A DNA stretch of 64,000 nt, from contig MU063892.1 in assembly GCA_013265495.1 (NCBI GenBank), forward strand, positions 5,861,308 to 5,925,307, read 5' to 3'. The stretch is from Vicugna vicugna (Eukaryota). Below, in pieces: positions 50,981 to 62,910 of this stretch. The notes under the pieces are model-generated. The model was not told the DNA's origin. It saw nothing but the letters and a program-made list of their open reading frames with translations, and ran no database searches. Position numbers and translations under genes: made by a program. Within the stretch, counting starts at the first letter, position 1, and each line of letters begins with the position of its first letter.

Positions 50981-51874
50981 TGCTTCACACACATTTTAAA
51001 GTATGGAACCTATTATTTCCGAGTGAAAGTTAGTACAGAATGGGAAAGAGCTAAAATTAGAACCACTCTGTTTAAATTAAAGAAGAGAAGCAAAGTACTA
51101 AAGCATCTCTACAACAGACACACACACATGCGCGCGCACACACACACACACAGAGCAGGGCTGGTCCAGGAACAGCTCCTAGAACCCCTAGGGAACGAAA
51201 GGAGTCCAGTTGAAAACCCACTGTCCTGTGGATAACACCTAAGCTTTCAATCTAAGTTAGACACCACATGGGATGTGGCCGACTTCTCTAGTGCCCACCG
51301 TCTCCTCCCAGCTTGCCTGTAACTGGCGCCCCCACCGTGCTAGACCATCCCCACTCAGCTGACACTGCTCAGGCCCTCAGTGACTGCTACGATGTGTCTC
51401 GCTAAACACTGCCCAAGAGCTTCCTTTGATTCACCACAAGCTGGCGCACGGTGCCGGCAGGCACAGCCCAGCGGTGCCCCTGGGACCAGCCCTCAGCTGA
51501 CGAGGAGAAGAGCCACTGGGTGAATGCTGCAGGCACCTGTGCTTCAGGCGAACCTGTCTTTCAGGTGAACATTCTGCAGGGAATTCTGCGTGCGTCTCAG
51601 AGGCCCTGATGAAATGGAGCCCTGTCGTTTCATGACGCAATCTCACGATGGCTTTTTTCCCTTGCTTGTCTCCTTTCCCCAGACAAGACTCCCAGCTTTA
51701 GAACTAAAAGTCTTGCATCTCAGGAAGTCCTTTGACTGTGGGCAAACCAGGATGGTTGGTCACCTTATGAGCCCTTTCAAAATATTCTCACCCAAGTCTT
51801 TGTCTTGGGCTATGCATTTGGAGGACTCTTAACTAGGATATATAAGTAATGCTGAAGAGAAAGTCCTGTTGTTA

Positions 51875-52580
51875 AGGCCTTTGGAACTGGAATCAAATGA
51901 AGTCTTGGGCACTGAAAAACTGTGCAATCACAGGCAATTTACCTTGATTCTGTAAACCTCAATTTCCATCTCTGGAAATACATCTAGTAGATGTAGCTAT
52001 CCATTCATCCCTTTTCCACAGTGTTAGCAGAGCACCTGGCTGCCCAGGATAAAGACCACATTTCCCAGCATCCTCTGCAGCTAGATGTAGCGACGTGACT
52101 AACTTCTAGACAAAAAGGCTACAAGCAAAAATGTCAGGTAGCTTCCAGAAAGCTTTCTCAGAACACCTCCAGTATATTCCCATGACCCTGTTTTCTGTCA
52201 ATCCTTCCCCCTTGCTACTGACAAGAATGCAGACAAAATACCTAGGGCTAGAGTAGCCATATCTGGGCTATGACATGGCCTGGGGCATGGAGATGGAGAA
52301 GGCACAAAACAGGAGAAAGCCAGGTACCTGAGACCCTCTTGGATCAGGGCCACCATTATATCTCTGAACTCCAGACTTGTACATGAGAGAAAAACAAATG
52401 CATTTCTTGTTTACATCACTGTTATCCAGGGGTAGGGATGTGCAAATATTATTCTCAGCCAAATTTAACCCCAGTTGAAACATTAATTCTTCCCATTTTT
52501 GTGAGGATTATAAGATATTTAATGTGTAAACCATTTAGCATGGTGCATAGCGCATAGTTGGCATTTATTAGTGACTGTTT
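51875..52580 (+). mobile_element. MIR split by an MLT1J LTR (LTR about 51983-52480)
   Basis: MIR 5' half ends cctcaatttccatctctggaaat and the 3' half resumes tttgtgaggattataag; LTR contains gcccaggataaagaccacatttcccagcatcctctgcagctag and gagagaaaaacaaatgcatttcttgttta. Confidence 0.8.
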
Positions 52581-53304
52581 TCAGTGATGGTGGTGAGAGC
52601 AATTGGGTGGGTAGTGAAACATATGGATGAAGCCCACTGAGAGCAGTTTTCCATTATCTCCCCTTCCCTAGATCTGCCCCCAACCACTCTTTCCAGTCCA
52701 GTCTGACACTCTCCCCCAGCTACACCAGACTACTCACATCTCATCGTTCCCCAAATACGCCACAAACACCTATTCTCCCCAGTCTCTGCAACTCTCTTCT
52801 CTCTGCCCAGACTCTCCATTCTCATCCACTCCACCTGCTGACTCTGATTCAACCTTCATGACTCTGCCAACCTCACTTCTCCAGCTCCCCAAGAAGGATG
52901 AAAGACTTACATCTGTGCTGCCACAACACACTGCACACCACCTACACTGAATTCCCACTAGCTATGATCACTCCCCTGCCTGAAAGCATTTACTTTCAAC
53001 ACAGCTTTCTTCACTTCCTGGACCCCAACTTCTGTCCATTTTCTCTGCTTCATCAGAATTGGAGTTCTGAGTATGATATGCATCTTGCAGTTGTGCACCT
53101 GGAGCAAGCTTGACTCATACTGGAAAACGGAATGTACCATGCTCATATTGTGGTATTTCTCTGAAAAATGTGACCTCGAAAACCTAATGAGCAGTGTGAT
53201 GAGATGTTTTAAAAGAACCACAACTCTGGAAATGCCACCTTGTTTGCATGATTTGCATTTGGAATGAAACCTAGTGGAGGCTAAACACTCTGAACTATTT
53301 TTTA

Positions 53305-54077
53305 CTCACAACCTGTCTGATACCAAATGCATAGTGTCTTTTCCAAAATTACTTCTCCGCCTCTCCAACACCAGCTGGGTGCCTACAGTTCAATTCAATT
53401 TTGACACTATCTTCCTAGAGTTAGCATCAGATACCACAACTTAAGGACTCGAGGCCACAAGGCCCCAGTTCAGATGCCAGTTGCAAGTCCTAGATTGTCC
53501 CCAGTAATCTGACCAACCAGCTATACATTTAGAATGNNNNNNNNNNNNNNNNNNNNNNNNNNNNNNNNNNNNNNNNNNNNNNNNNNNNNNNNNNNNNNNN
53601 NNNNNNNNNNNNNNNNNNNNNNNNNNNNNNNNNNNNNNNNNNNNNNNNNNNNNNNNNNNNNNNNNNNNNNNCAGGGGGATGGGACATGGTTCAAGGAACA
53701 TCCATGCCCTCTCCAGGTACACCACCCTCCTAGCTCCTTGGTGGGCTCACCAACCCAAAAACTTCTGAGGCTTTTATAGAGGTTCCATTATATAGGAATG
53801 ACTGATTCAATTATTGGCCGTTGGTGATTAACTTGAGCTCCAGCTCCCCTCCCTTCCCCAGAGGTAGGAAGTGGAGCCAAAAGTTTCAATTCCTAATCAC
53901 ATTTTGGCCTTTCTGGAGACCAGTCCACGTACCGAAGCTATCTGGGGGCCCCCAAATACCAGTCATCTCATTAGCATACAAAGGACATGCTTATCCCTCC
54001 AGAAATTCCAAGGGCTTTAGGAGCTGTGTGCCAGGGACCAGGGACAGAGGCCAAATGCATATTTCTTATTTATCACA
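53305..54077 (-). mobile_element. MER21C-type ERVL LTR, one N gap
   Basis: gttcaattcaattttgacactatcttcctagagttagcatcagatacc; ends ggccaaatgcatatttcttatttatcaca (reverse complement of the MER21 start). Confidence 0.85.
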
Positions 54078-54279
54078 TTGGCTTACTTCTCCATCTTGGT
54101 CCACTAGTATAATTACTTCAGAAGAGTGAAGATCACCCAAGGACAGACAGGTAGTAAAATTCTGAGCCAAATTTACAGCCAGTGCTCACTCTGATGCCAA
54201 TGGTAATAACACATCACAAGTCTGCCTGCAAGGCGACTCACATCACCATCACATAATAACGGCAATGATAAGAATGACA

Positions 54280-54510
54280 ACCAGAGCTAATATTTATTGC
54301 ACATGTGTTAGATGCCAAAAGAGATGCTAAGCACTTCGTGATTATTTCATCTTGTACTCACTTGATATAAATATATATGACGTAAACTCTTTCTGTCCCC
54401 ATTTTATAGATAAAGAAACGTATCTGGAACATTTAACGACTTGCCTGGAGTGCCAGAATAAGCAGGTAGGAATTGGGGAACATCGTCACCAGGCGGCAAA
54501 GCCAAAGCTC
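54280..54510 (-). mobile_element. MIR SINE
   Basis: gctaatatttattgcac...gtccccattttatagataaagaaacg...ttaacgacttgcc. Confidence 0.8.
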
Positions 54511-54544
54511 TCGCCGCGCTGCCAGAACGCATCTCCCTGGATGT

Positions 54545-54785
54545 CATGTCCAGCTCGGATTCAGCTTTCATTTTCAACCTCCTTCAGGGAGAATTAACTG
54601 CCCCCTCCTCTGTGCTCCCACAGTACTGGGTACCCCTTCCTTTCAGACCATTCCCCACGTGGCTACCAGCATAAATGTCTGTCTCCTCTACTCGTCTGAG
54701 GTGCATGAATTTATCTCTACATGTCCAGGGCCTGGTGGGATGGCTTATACACAACGGTCATTCATTCAGTTTAACAAACAATAAT
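54545..54785 (+). mobile_element. L2 3' end
   Basis: ccccctcctctgtgctcccacagtactggg...tgtctgtctcctctactcgtctgag. Confidence 0.65.
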
Positions 54786-55959
54786 GAGTACATAATAAAT
54801 ACTCCATGAACTGGAGTGAGTTTTGGTCTCCACCTGTCAAATGGGGACTGTTCTCTCCTGCAAATAGAGACAATTTCAGTTCTTTGATGCCAGGAAATGC
54901 TCAGGGCTTCATGAGCCAATACATGTGTGCAACTGGCAAGCAGTATCTTGGGAAAATGCTACCCTGCTATTACAAGGCACTATTGAAAGGAGACCAGAAA
55001 GAAAATTCCTACTGTCCTAACATGATCCAGCTGCAAGAGACAAGCTGTCATTACACCAGTGGAAAGTTATTGCCTCCAGACTCGAAACTAGCAAACTGGC
55101 CCGAAGGCTCAGGGCACAGTCTTTGCTGCATATCACATAAAGTCTAGTCACACTGTGCAAATACACGCTCTCCCTGCGTGGGGGAAGCTGTCATTGTGTC
55201 TCACCGCCAGGTATGCAATCGGCGTCTGGAGGGCAGATTGCCAAGCCGGCCATCTGTGTTGTGCCTGGTTGCTAGGGCACAGGCAGGGAGCCACGTGGTG
55301 TCTTGCTTTCACCCTAGCCCCAAAGGCCTGGGGCGATGACAAAGCTGCTCAAAGTGCCGGAGCGCCAAGGAAATGTACATATTTGGCTTAATTCACGAGA
55401 CTTCTATTGAAGACCTGCTCAGAAGATTGGGATTTCTGTCGAGGCTCTGCTGCTGTGAGAGCCCTGATTGGACATAGGTTTCTCTGCGCACGTAAAGTCC
55501 TCACTTGTAAATAAGGACCCAAAGCTCAATGTTTTCCCAAAGGGGATCTGTGTACAACTGGTGGTGTGTAGAATGTTTACAGGTACAACATGGACAAACT
55601 TGTAGACACTTGAGCAGCTCTGAATTGTAATGTGCACTAGAAAATTATTATCATAGCGAATACTTGATATCACATAAGCAATCAATTAGAATGAATGCAA
55701 AGTAAAGTTTAGTTAAAAAAATCAACGTTAGAAATTATGAATACAGGTAGAGGGGAGTGTGTGGATATGACAGAAACTGGGAAATGGAACACAAATCACT
55801 GGAGTTAGGTAAGTTGGAAGAGTGGACTCCTTTTAGTGTTTGGCTCTGCAATTCTATAACCAATGGCTAATTGGGAAAATCATTTGGACAATACAGACAA
55901 AAGTAAACTTATTTTGAAAATGACTCTATTTATATATTCCAAATCTATCTAAAAAAATC

Positions 55960-56285
55960 AAGCATTTTCTAATACCTACAGAACATCAGATACTAACCAG
56001 GCATTATGGACGTGAAGACAGAGAAGACAGGGTCTTGGCACCGTCTAACCAAGGACACACCTGGGGAAATAAATGTCTTTAATTTAGTGTGATATTTACA
56101 ACAGTGTGAAGTAAGCTGGGAGCCAGAGAAAATAACCCAACCCTTCCTGGGAGAGAGTAACGGCCAAAGAAGCCTTCACAGGGGAGGTGAACACCGAGTT
56201 AAGCCTTGGAGCCTCAGTAAACATTATCGCAGGATACAAAAAGGAGAAGACCTTCCGGGCAGAAGGAAGAGCACGTGAAAAAAGT
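55960..56285 (-). mobile_element. L2 3' fragment
   Basis: gaagccttcacaggggaggtgaacaccgagttaagccttgga...ttccgggcagaaggaagagcacgtgaaaa. Confidence 0.7.
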
Positions 56286-56334
56286 GCCAAATGCCAAATC
56301 TAACAGGTAAATTATGTTTTCTTACCCTATGTTT

Positions 56335-56675
56335 TAAGCATTTTTTATTGATTTATAATCATTTTACAATGTTGTGTCAAATTCCAGCGTAGAGCACAAT
56401 TTTTAGTTGTACGTGAACATACATATATTCATTGTCACATTTTTTCTCTGTGAGCTACCGTAAGATCTTGTATGTATTTCCCTGTGCTATACAGTATAAT
56501 CTTGTTTATCTATTCTATATTTTGAAATCCCAGTCTATCCCTTCTCACCCCCTGTCCCCTTGGCAACCACAAGTTTGTATTCTATGTCTATGAGCCTGTT
56601 TCTGTTTTGTATTCATGTTTTGTTTATTTATTTTGTTTTAGATTCCACATATGAGCGATCTCATATGGTATTTCT
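56335..56675 (-). mobile_element. Young L1 3'UTR fragment
   Basis: Same family as the 11216 copy; degenerate TSD tcttaccctatgttt / tcttactctattttt on the flanks. Confidence 0.9.
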
Positions 56676-57701
56676 CTTACTCTATTTTTATGTGCAAACA
56701 AAAGCGGCCAGGTGACTGTTGTGTGTATTTCACAGGTGAGAGAACCAGGCGTTGAAGGGAGTTACACGCACCTCCCAACCCATGTTCTTTCCACTCTACT
56801 GTATCATGTTTGCCATTCATCTCTGAAACCTCACCAGTGTACAGCTATGGATTCTTATGTATTCTTAATCCACCAAGTGGGAAGTAACCAATCAACAGAA
56901 GAAGGAAATGAAGCTTCTAAAGCATCAGAATCCTCGACTGCAGGCAACTTCTGGGCTTCACATTACTTTCCCTTTAAAAAGCAATTCTCTGTAGAATAAC
57001 TCCCTGAGACATTCTGCATTAGTTATTTTAGGCAAAAGCCAAAAAAGTTTCAAAAGACTCTCCCATGTCCTCCTTCCAGTTTATACACACATTTCTCAAA
57101 AGCAAGGATGATGGAAAGATGCCATTCCTGGGGAAAATGTCATTAGAGACAAGGCAGCAAGGATGCTGAGCTATGGCATTAATTAATAAGCCCCTGACAT
57201 TTGGGGATTCACAGCTGAGGAATGCTCTGTGAGAACTTCAGTCTAGTGAGGACGCTTAATCCAGTCAAGTTAGAGAAACACAGGGCCTCCACAATCCCTT
57301 CTCCTGCTCCTGCTCGAACAACCAAGACAAAATGCCACGAATTCTCTGCATTCAACTTTTTAAAACAAAAGGGCTGATTTGAAAAGAATATGGCTACATT
57401 TTGTTTTCCCTTTTTACAAACCAGCAGCTATTCTCAGTCAAAGCAGGTATCGGCTACTGACTTCTGGTAGGTGCGTTTCACCTGTGGGAATGGGAGAGAA
57501 ACTGGAACGAACGGAAGCCAAATATTAAAAATGCCGACCTACGCATACGAAAAAGCCAAGGAGAGAAACTGCAGTAGTCGCCTTCCGGTGAAAAGGAGCA
57601 CCTTCAGCTTGAAGAGGGAGTTCTACAACAGAGAGCTCAGCCTTACGTTAACGGTGAAAATACTGACAACACAGGATTGTCGGTAACATGAAGAAAGTGC
57701 A

Positions 57702-57848
57702 GGGGAGGGTATAGCTCAAGCGGGAGAGTGCACGCTGAGCAAGTGACAAGATCCCAGGTTCAATCCCCAGTACCTCCTCTAAACTAAATAAATAAAACCT
57801 AATTACCTCCCCACACACACACAAAAAGAAATAAAAATAAATAAAATT
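57702..57848 (+). mobile_element. tRNA-derived SINE, camelid vic-1-like
   Basis: ggggagggtatagctcaagcggg (A box), ggttcaatcc (B box, 57757-57766), then cccagtacctcc...aataaataaaacctaattacctcccc and an A-rich tail. Confidence 0.85.
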
Positions 57849-57871
57849 AGAAAATAAAGAGATGCTAAATT

Positions 57872-57960
57872 TTATGAAAACGAACATATGCATATTTATG
57901 TATGACTGAGAAACTGACACAACAATGTAAACTGACCATATCTCAATTAAAAAAAAAATA
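57872..57960 (+). mobile_element. Short L1 3'-end fragment directly after the SINE
   Basis: atgaaaacgaacatatgcatatttatgtatgactgag...gacacaacaatgtaaactgaccatatctcaattaaaaaaaaa. Confidence 0.75.
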
Positions 57961-58534
57961 TGAAACTGTAAGAAAACTCAGGTTCATGGATCAAACTCAG
58001 GTACACCCTTCAGAGAAGTAGGGTTCATCCACAATCCATTCACACAGGAAGAGGCATTTCAGAGGAATGAATTTGTAATTTACAAGTTCCTTCTGTCTTA
58101 GAAACATTTATCCTTTCATCGTTAGTTCCCAGAAACTTCTGCACATTTTATTCCCCCTTTTGTTAGCAGAGACACCTTTACAGCACCCATATGTGACCAA
58201 CATATATTTCATTAAATCAATAATGGCTCGTAATTTTCATTCTAATATTCACATTCCTATCACCAGCCTCCCTCAGCATTTAGTGTTTAACACCTTTGTA
58301 CTAAGTATTTTGTCTATAATGGTCTTTCTTCCCTTCCTGTCTTCTATGCACAGTAAAATCCTGGTAAGGCGACACCTCACCCAGGCGTCCTCTGAGCTCT
58401 TCTTGTGTCCTATGTCTTCCTTATCATGAAATTATAATAACATGTAGTTGGATCTCACTGAAAGTAGATATATTTCTTATTTCTCTCTGTATTCTCACTG
58501 CCAAGAACCTGATATATATTATTGTTACCTGCAT

Positions 58535-58700
58535 TTGCCAGTTAGGTTGCTTTCAGCAGCAAGTAACAGAAAATCCAATTCAAATCGACTTAGTTAATAG
58601 GAAAACGCACCAGTTCAAATAATTGAGGGCCAAAAGGTGAGACAGGCTCTAGTTCTGATTTCCTGATGCAGTTCTGAATCAGGTTACACTCTGCATATCT
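58535..58700 (-). mobile_element. MLT1-type LTR fragment
   Basis: cagttaggttgctttcagcagcaagtaacagaaaatccaattcaaatcgactta. Confidence 0.7.
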
Positions 58701-60325
58701 CTTCCATCTCTGGGCATGTAGCTAGATGGCCACAGCGATCATGGAGAATTTTTCTTTCTTCAGTTCTGGATAAGCCATTCATACAGTTTCTTTGGTGGAG
58801 AACAGAAACCAAGAACTAGACACGCCCATAGTGAAAGGAGTGCCACTGTTTCTAGGTCCTTTAATAGACAGAGGTAGACACACACACACACACACACACA
58901 CACGTCTATACACATAATCTGTATCTATATTTATGTATGTATGCACGTAAATTAAAAACCGCGAGTCCACCTCATCACTTTCTGTTTCAATCCTCACCAC
59001 ACCACGAGGTTTACTCTAGTCTTATCTGTCTCCATATCTGTTAATACCTTCTCTATCAGTGAAAAACCAAACCTGTAGCATTTCCAGTGTACTCACTCAC
59101 TTTTGCAAACCCTCCTGTTTATAACCCACACCGAAACAAGTGTGAGGGAAAGACCAAGAGACCTCACAGGCGCCAGTCCCCATAACTGCAGGCGACTCCG
59201 TTAACACAGGCAGGCACCTAGCTCTTGCTACGTGGAGACAAGTCAAAACGCCACTGGAGCCAGTCTGAAGGGGCGCCACTGGCCGAGGCTAGGACAGCTG
59301 CCCATCAAGGTCAATAATCATATTGACAGGCTGTAACCTTCTGAGTGAAACAGAAACCCACTTGCCTATACTGATTTAAATAAATGGGGGAGAAGGAAAA
59401 GCTCCTATTTACAGTAAAAGACTTGACGTACAGATCCCCCAAATGCATTTTTCATTAATTGTTAATTGATGAATACAAAATATAAGAGAAATCTTATAAC
59501 CACTTTTAACCAAATGATGATAGTATTACCAGCGGTGGGACAAATTAGCATTTGGTGCCTAATGATATAATGCCGTGAGAATAATTGGCAGATGTTAATG
59601 CTAAAAGCTCATAAATCATGATAAAGTATCATATAAACTCAGACTGAGGGATATTGTACAAAGTAACTGGCCTGGCCTGTTCAAAATGTCAGTTATGAAA
59701 GATAAAGAATTACTTGGTAAAAAAATAAATAAATCATTTACAAGAACATAACACACAGTACAGGGAATATAGTCAATTTTTATAATAACTTGATGCAGAG
59801 TCTAGTCTAGAAAAATAATAAATTACTATGTTATACACCTGAAACTAACATAATATTAAAGTCAACTATACTTCAATTGAAAAGAAGAGACCGAGGAATT
59901 GTTTTAGGTTGAAGAAAATTTAAAATACGTGACAACTAAGTGAACTTGGTTCACTGGATTTGATCCAGAACATAGAAAGGGCACTTTTCAGACACCAGGG
60001 AAGTTTCAGTGAGGTGTACGTATTAGAAAGCAGAACTGGGCCAATGCTAACTTTCTTATTTTGATAGTTGTACTGTCATCACGTAGGAGATTATCCTTAT
60101 TTTTAAGAACTACAAACTGATGTGACTTACTCGCCAATGGTCCAGAAACAATGGTATATAGGAATGTGTGTGCTGTGTGCATGGGTGTGTATGTAATGGA
60201 GAAAGAATGCTAAGACAAATGTGGGAAAATGTTAATAATCAAGGAATCTGTGTGACAGAAGTATGCACTATTTTGCAACTTTTTGGAAGATTTTGAATTA
60301 TTTCAAAATAGAAAGTTTAAAAAAA
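58700..60325. mobile_element. L1MC/MD-type 3' region: inverted 5' part (about 58700-59200, minus) plus forward part (about 59240-60325), with a nested younger L1 tail (about 59710-59885)
   Basis: Minus part: gaaaccaagaactag...ccactgtttctaggtcctttaatagacagagg. Plus part: atactgatttaaataaatgggggagaagg, cagactgagggatattgtacaaagtaactggcc, ttgcaactttttggaag. Confidence 0.7.
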
Positions 60326-60954
60326 GACAAAGAATGGGGATAGGCACGTTGCTTGGCAACCAGGCGTGTTTATGATAACATACATCTCAGGCTTCCCAAG
60401 CCAGACCCTACCAAACGCACGGCGCTTCCCTGCATTTGCGAGTGATAGAGGCTTCATCCCTCAGGTGCTCAGATGCAGAGACTGCACTCCGTTACCAGCC
60501 TCCGCCAAGTGTCCCTGGGAAAGTTCCGTAAATGCACCCTGGCTGTCACTTGTCGCGTAAACCGGTCGTTTGTCTCCAGGTCACCACCTGCTCTTCCGCA
60601 GGTCGCTCCTTTCTCCACCGAGATGGTTTCTCCCGAGCTGCAGCTGCTTCCCTTCATCTCCCGAGCGTGGCCTCCTCACCTGCCCCTGAGATCACCGACA
60701 TCCTAGCTTGGCTGGGCCCAGCTGTCCTCCACGGAGCTGTCCCACGAGTCTAGAATGCTCTTCCTTTGGCTGCTGCCTCCAAACACAGCAAGTACCTCCT
60801 TTTGAAAGCTCAGTGTCAGAGAGATTTCTCCCTACCAAGAATCTTCAGAGATCCTTGCAGCTCTCAGTGCAGCTCTGACTGAAGTTCAAGGGGGTGAAGG
60901 AGAAAACGGGACTTTCCTAAGGACAACGGAGAGGTGCTTGTTTTATATCGGCAG

Positions 60955-61291
60955 CAGGGGTGGACAATGCCCCGCAGGCCAAATCTAGCCTGCCACCCAG
61001 GATACATGGCTCATGAGCCAAGAATAGTTTCTGCATTTGTAAATGGTTTGGGGAAAAAAAGTCAAAAGAAGAAGAATATGTTATGACCTGTGAGAATAAT
61101 ATAAAATTCAAATTTCAGGGTCCTTAAATAAAACAGTATTGGAATGCAGCCATGAGTCTTCATTAATGTATTGTCTAGGGGGACTTTCCTGCTAAAATGG
61201 CAGTACTGAGCAGTTGTGACAGAGACCACCTGGCCCAGAGTCTAATACGTTTACTCCCTGGAGCTTTACAAAGAAAGTTTGTCAACCCCTG
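60955..61291 (+). mobile_element. MER58B hAT-Charlie MITE
   Basis: TIRs caggggtggacaa / ttgtcaacccctg (12 of 13 match); internal caggccaaatctagcctgcc. Confidence 0.9.
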
Positions 61292-62029
61292 ACCTATGTG
61301 ATTGAAAGAGCCTTCCAACGCGGTCCCTCTTCAAACAAGAACAAAAGACACAATCTACTCTTAAAGCAAGTCCACATCTTTGCCCCAGGAAAGTATAAGT
61401 GATTTACAACGACTTAAATGACAGCCTTTTCATCTTACAAGTTGTCTTAAGTTTCAGTTACTGGAACTGTGATACATTCAACTCTAAGTTAACACGAATG
61501 GATATGAGCTGAGGTTTTAGGAGTCGGGATGTAGAACCTGGTTCCCAGCTGAGTCTCCAGTGCTTCTCAAATAATTAATTCAAGTCACACTGGGGACTTA
61601 GTGAGTGACACCTAAGCAGAAGAAGCCCCTACATGGTGGAAAGAGAACAGCTGTGGGTGGTAGGAGAGGAGGGTACCGGGGGGTCGGGTGGAGGAGAGTA
61701 AAGTTAGTACCAACTGAAGATCTGGGTATTTCTCATTGAGCCCAAGCAACGCTCTAGCTATCACTGCAACATGTGGACCACATACCAAAGAAAACAATGT
61801 CACCTCACCTTAATTCCATTTTGATCATTATTTCCACAGAATAGATTTCTCATTATTTGGGTTGAATTTCATAGTCAAGTATCTACTTCAAAATTGATGC
61901 CCATATAATTTTTTCAGTGAATTTTAGTATTTACACTTAAGGAAGATTATTTATATTGTTTTCATTAAAATGGAAATGGAAATGAATCCAGAGAGAAGAA
62001 ATTTAAATCTGCTCACAGCCACCAAAATG

Positions 62030-62282
62030 TTAGCTTTAGCCATATATCCATAAGGAAGCGAATTCTGCAAACAACCTGGATGAGCTTAGAAACGAATTCT
62101 TCTCCAGTCAAGACCCTGGATGAAAACATACCACAGTCAACACTTTGACTGCAACTTTCTAAGACCCAGTGAAGCCACATCTGGACTCCTGGTCTACAAA
62201 AACTGTGAGATAATGTCTGTGTGCTATCTTTTAGCTGATAAATTTATGGTGATTTGTCACACAGCAGAAAACTCATACACTG
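62030..62282 (+). mobile_element. MLT1E/F-type LTR 3' part
   Basis: aaggaagcgaattctgcaaacaacctggatgagcttagaaacgaattcttctccagtcaag...aaatttatggtgatttgtcacacagcagaaaactcataca. Confidence 0.85.
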
Positions 62283-62669
62283 GGCGACATTCCTATGCTC
62301 ATTTCTCCCTTCTCTAGGATGGTCGTATTCTGATGCTATGGCCGAGGCTGTGCTTTCAAGAGCCAGCTGTGTAAGAAAGAGGCCAGGAACTCGTCTGGAC
62401 TGATGTACAGAGGTTCTCCTCAGCAGCCAGCTGCAGACTGCTGGAGCACCTGGTACTGAGCAGGGCCAAGAGTGGAGCCTACATGGCCCTCCCCCAATCC
62501 CTGCACGAACAGCAGACCACAGTCGGAGACCAACCTATGGGTATAGGTGACCAGTACGAAAGGAGCACATGACTTTACATGTGTGTAAAATCTGGAAAAA
62601 ATTATTGTTTGCAGGAAACATGCTGCTGACATGGTAGAGAAAGAAGAGTGCGTTGCTTGATGTCTGAAC

Positions 62670-62910
62670 ATGGGGGTATTTCAAGACTTAGCTCTGCCGT
62701 TTACTGTGTGATTAAGGTCTCACTCCAGGAGGTACCCGAGTCTCTTCTTTCCACTGGTAAAATGTGCATAATAATAATATTATTATATACCTGAAACCGT
62801 TTTGCCACATGCTATTTATTGCACATTGTCAGCGTATACTAGGCATGACACTTGTGTAAGGGACGGATACAGAAGTACATGAAGTGTGGCACCTGCCCTC
62901 AAGACTTGGA
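62670..62910. mobile_element. MIR (+) followed by an L2 (-) fragment
   Basis: agctctgccgtttactgtgtga...gtaaaatgtgcataataata; ctatttattgcac...ggcacctgccctcaagac. Confidence 0.55.

Noticed and set aside
50828-51235. 135-aa ORF
   Set aside because: Runs through L2-, MIR- and (CA)n-derived sequence
11540-53779. Long ORFs containing X runs (e.g. 35534-36019, 43157-43585, 47208-47822)
   Set aside because: Artefacts of translating through N-runs; the real parts are L1 remnants or chance sequence
54894-55147. Beta-defensin call for the six-Cys ORF ending in CC
   Set aside because: Cys spacing (12/15/10/25/0) is far from the beta-defensin pattern (about 6/4/9/6/0)
57702-57780. Functional tRNA gene
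   Set aside because: A and B boxes are present, but there is no acceptor-stem pairing, and a SINE body and A-rich tail follow
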